A stretch of DNA of 64,000 nucleotides from NCBI GenBank assembly GCA_964035545.1, contig OZ037772.1, forward strand, positions 8,983,150 to 9,047,149, given 5' to 3'. The notes beneath the pieces are model-generated. The model was not told the origin of the DNA. It saw nothing but the letters and a program-made list of their open reading frames with translations, and searched no databases. Source of the stretch: Bugula neritina (Eukaryota; Animalia; Bryozoa). This document shows positions 62,499 to 64,000 of the stretch, one piece after another (the first letter of the stretch is position 1; the number at the start of each line of letters is the position of its first letter). Both the position numbers and the translations under genes were made by a program.

Positions 62499-62922
62499 AC
62501 ATGCCAAATATTTACTACAAATTTCAAAAATAGCATAAATTAAGTAGTATTACCGTGCCTATTGGCATCCAATTTACTAGTCTTACATTTATAGCAACTG
62601 TAACGTATTTTGTGTAAAATGGTTATTGCAAGTATTATTCAATCCATATTCACGTTGTAACCACAGCGAAGCTTAAACTTTATAGCTTTGTATTTACGTG
62701 CATGATTGAGTTTTAATTTTTTTTTAAATTTTATATGCATTGAAAATATATTTAAAAACTTTACCAATAAACCAAATTAAAAAAAATGGACACATAAAAT
62801 AAAAAAAAAATAAAATCCCAAAAGTGGCAAAATTTTTCCTTTATAACTTATATAAACTAGCGGTACCGATAGCGGCATTATGATTTTTCATGGTTTAAAG
62901 TCAACACTCCTAAATATACCAC
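61537..62922. mobile_element. Foldback-type palindromic element: about 440-bp inverted arms around an AT-rich low-complexity core
   Basis: 61537-61977 is the imperfect reverse complement of 62498-62922 (gtggcatatattaggagtgttgac...tttggcatgta vs tacatgccaaa...gtcaacactcctaaatataccac); the central AT tract is itself partly mirrored. Confidence 0.8.
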
Positions 62923-63336
62923 ACCGAGCAAAATCAGAAGGAGAAAATGGCAAAACAGGAATGGTTGACATAGAGGAGTTTCCTGTCTATCGAGATCTGC
63001 AGCGAGATTGTACAATGCTGGAGTTGCTTCCCCTTTTGCAAGTTCTACATATTATAAAAGTTTACTAAATGTTTCTAGGTCACCCGCCTGTAAGGTCAAG
63101 GTCGAATAAAAAGACATTCGGTTTTTTTCAATTACTACCCACTGCTGTAGAACTACTAATACTTTATGTTTTAAAAATTGATGGTAATTTTTCGCTTAGT
63201 AAAATGAGGTCAGTTCCTGGCAACAGATAAATTTTTATACCTCTTTTTCATGAGAGCGAGCGACCTAGCCCAGATCGATTTGCTTCGGATCGAACTTTGA
63301 CCTATGCCCCGAACTCGTCTCCGATTGGCTGCAGCC

Positions 63337-63400
63337 GCTGGTACAGGAAACTCATACGCTGGTACAGAAACTCATACGCTGGTACAGAAACTCATACGCA
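63337..63400. repeat. 20-bp tandem repeat gctggtacagaaactcatac x3
   Basis: Direct inspection. Confidence 0.85.
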
Positions 63401-64000
63401 CTCGCAGAAACAACTTTCAAGGTAGCTAGTAGTATACCTAGAATTCTGAACAGTTCGGGATGTAAGTTCCCAATACATAATATACATCAGTTCTGCGCAG
63501 GTTTACGAAGGTGGAGGAAATATATTCTTCAGACGTTGATTCCACCTGGTTGAGAGATGAACCAGGTCAGATGTAGACTAGTTCACAGAACCATATGTAT
63601 ATTCCAGAAACCACAGTTCTGGTGTTACAGCAATCACCAATCCTAGACTCAATAGTGTAGTTACTTTTCAACTTAGTGGAATACATTTAAAAAACCGTTC
63701 GTACTAATAGACTGCCACCTTGGTTCGAAGGTTTCAAAAATTGGGGTTTGTCATTTTCAAAATTATTTTGTCATGTGAAATAAGCAACTACGTGTCTACT
63801 ACATCATCGGAGGAGTCTTACTAAACCAAATTAACATTACCATACAATAAAAAAAGAGAATAGAAGAATCCTGATTCGTCTTAAAAAATCATTCTATTAA
63901 GATTTCAATTATGTTTCAGTTTTTTACAATAATAATATCATGATTCTAGTATTTAGTTGAGACTTTGCATAGTATTCTGTTCAATAAATTGTTGACTACT

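Overview
AT-rich, intron-rich eukaryotic genomic DNA from an invertebrate animal (probably a lophotrochozoan; the taxon cannot be fixed from sequence alone). Gene models were assembled by hand from GT-AG sites and phase compatibility. (1) An 8-exon FMRFamide-receptor-family class A GPCR (+, 5031-10909), preceded by spliced upstream exons carrying a 45-aa ORF. (2) A two-exon 103-aa Cys-rich single-pass membrane protein gene missed by the ORF track (+, 13368-14699); its intron holds a 5'-truncated Penelope-like retroelement with an inverted pseudo-LTR and two minimal hammerhead ribozymes. (3) Two tandem 11-exon SLC18B1-like MFS transporter paralogues (+, 15491-22148 and 23083-28840). (4) A large R4/RGS3-like RGS gene on the minus strand (54318-30185) with several alternative first exons, two micro-exons, an AKAP-like helix in its longest isoform and an exon-like segment containing an in-frame TGA. 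Repeats include a second hammerhead family (two copies with different core mutations), a non-autonomous piggyBac (TTAA TSD), a TAA-flanked MITE, two further MITE families, two tRNA-derived SINE families, a 1.4-kb foldback palindrome and many micro/minisatellites. Most short ORFs in the supplied track are repeat-derived or antisense artefacts. All gene models are predictions and need transcript confirmation.
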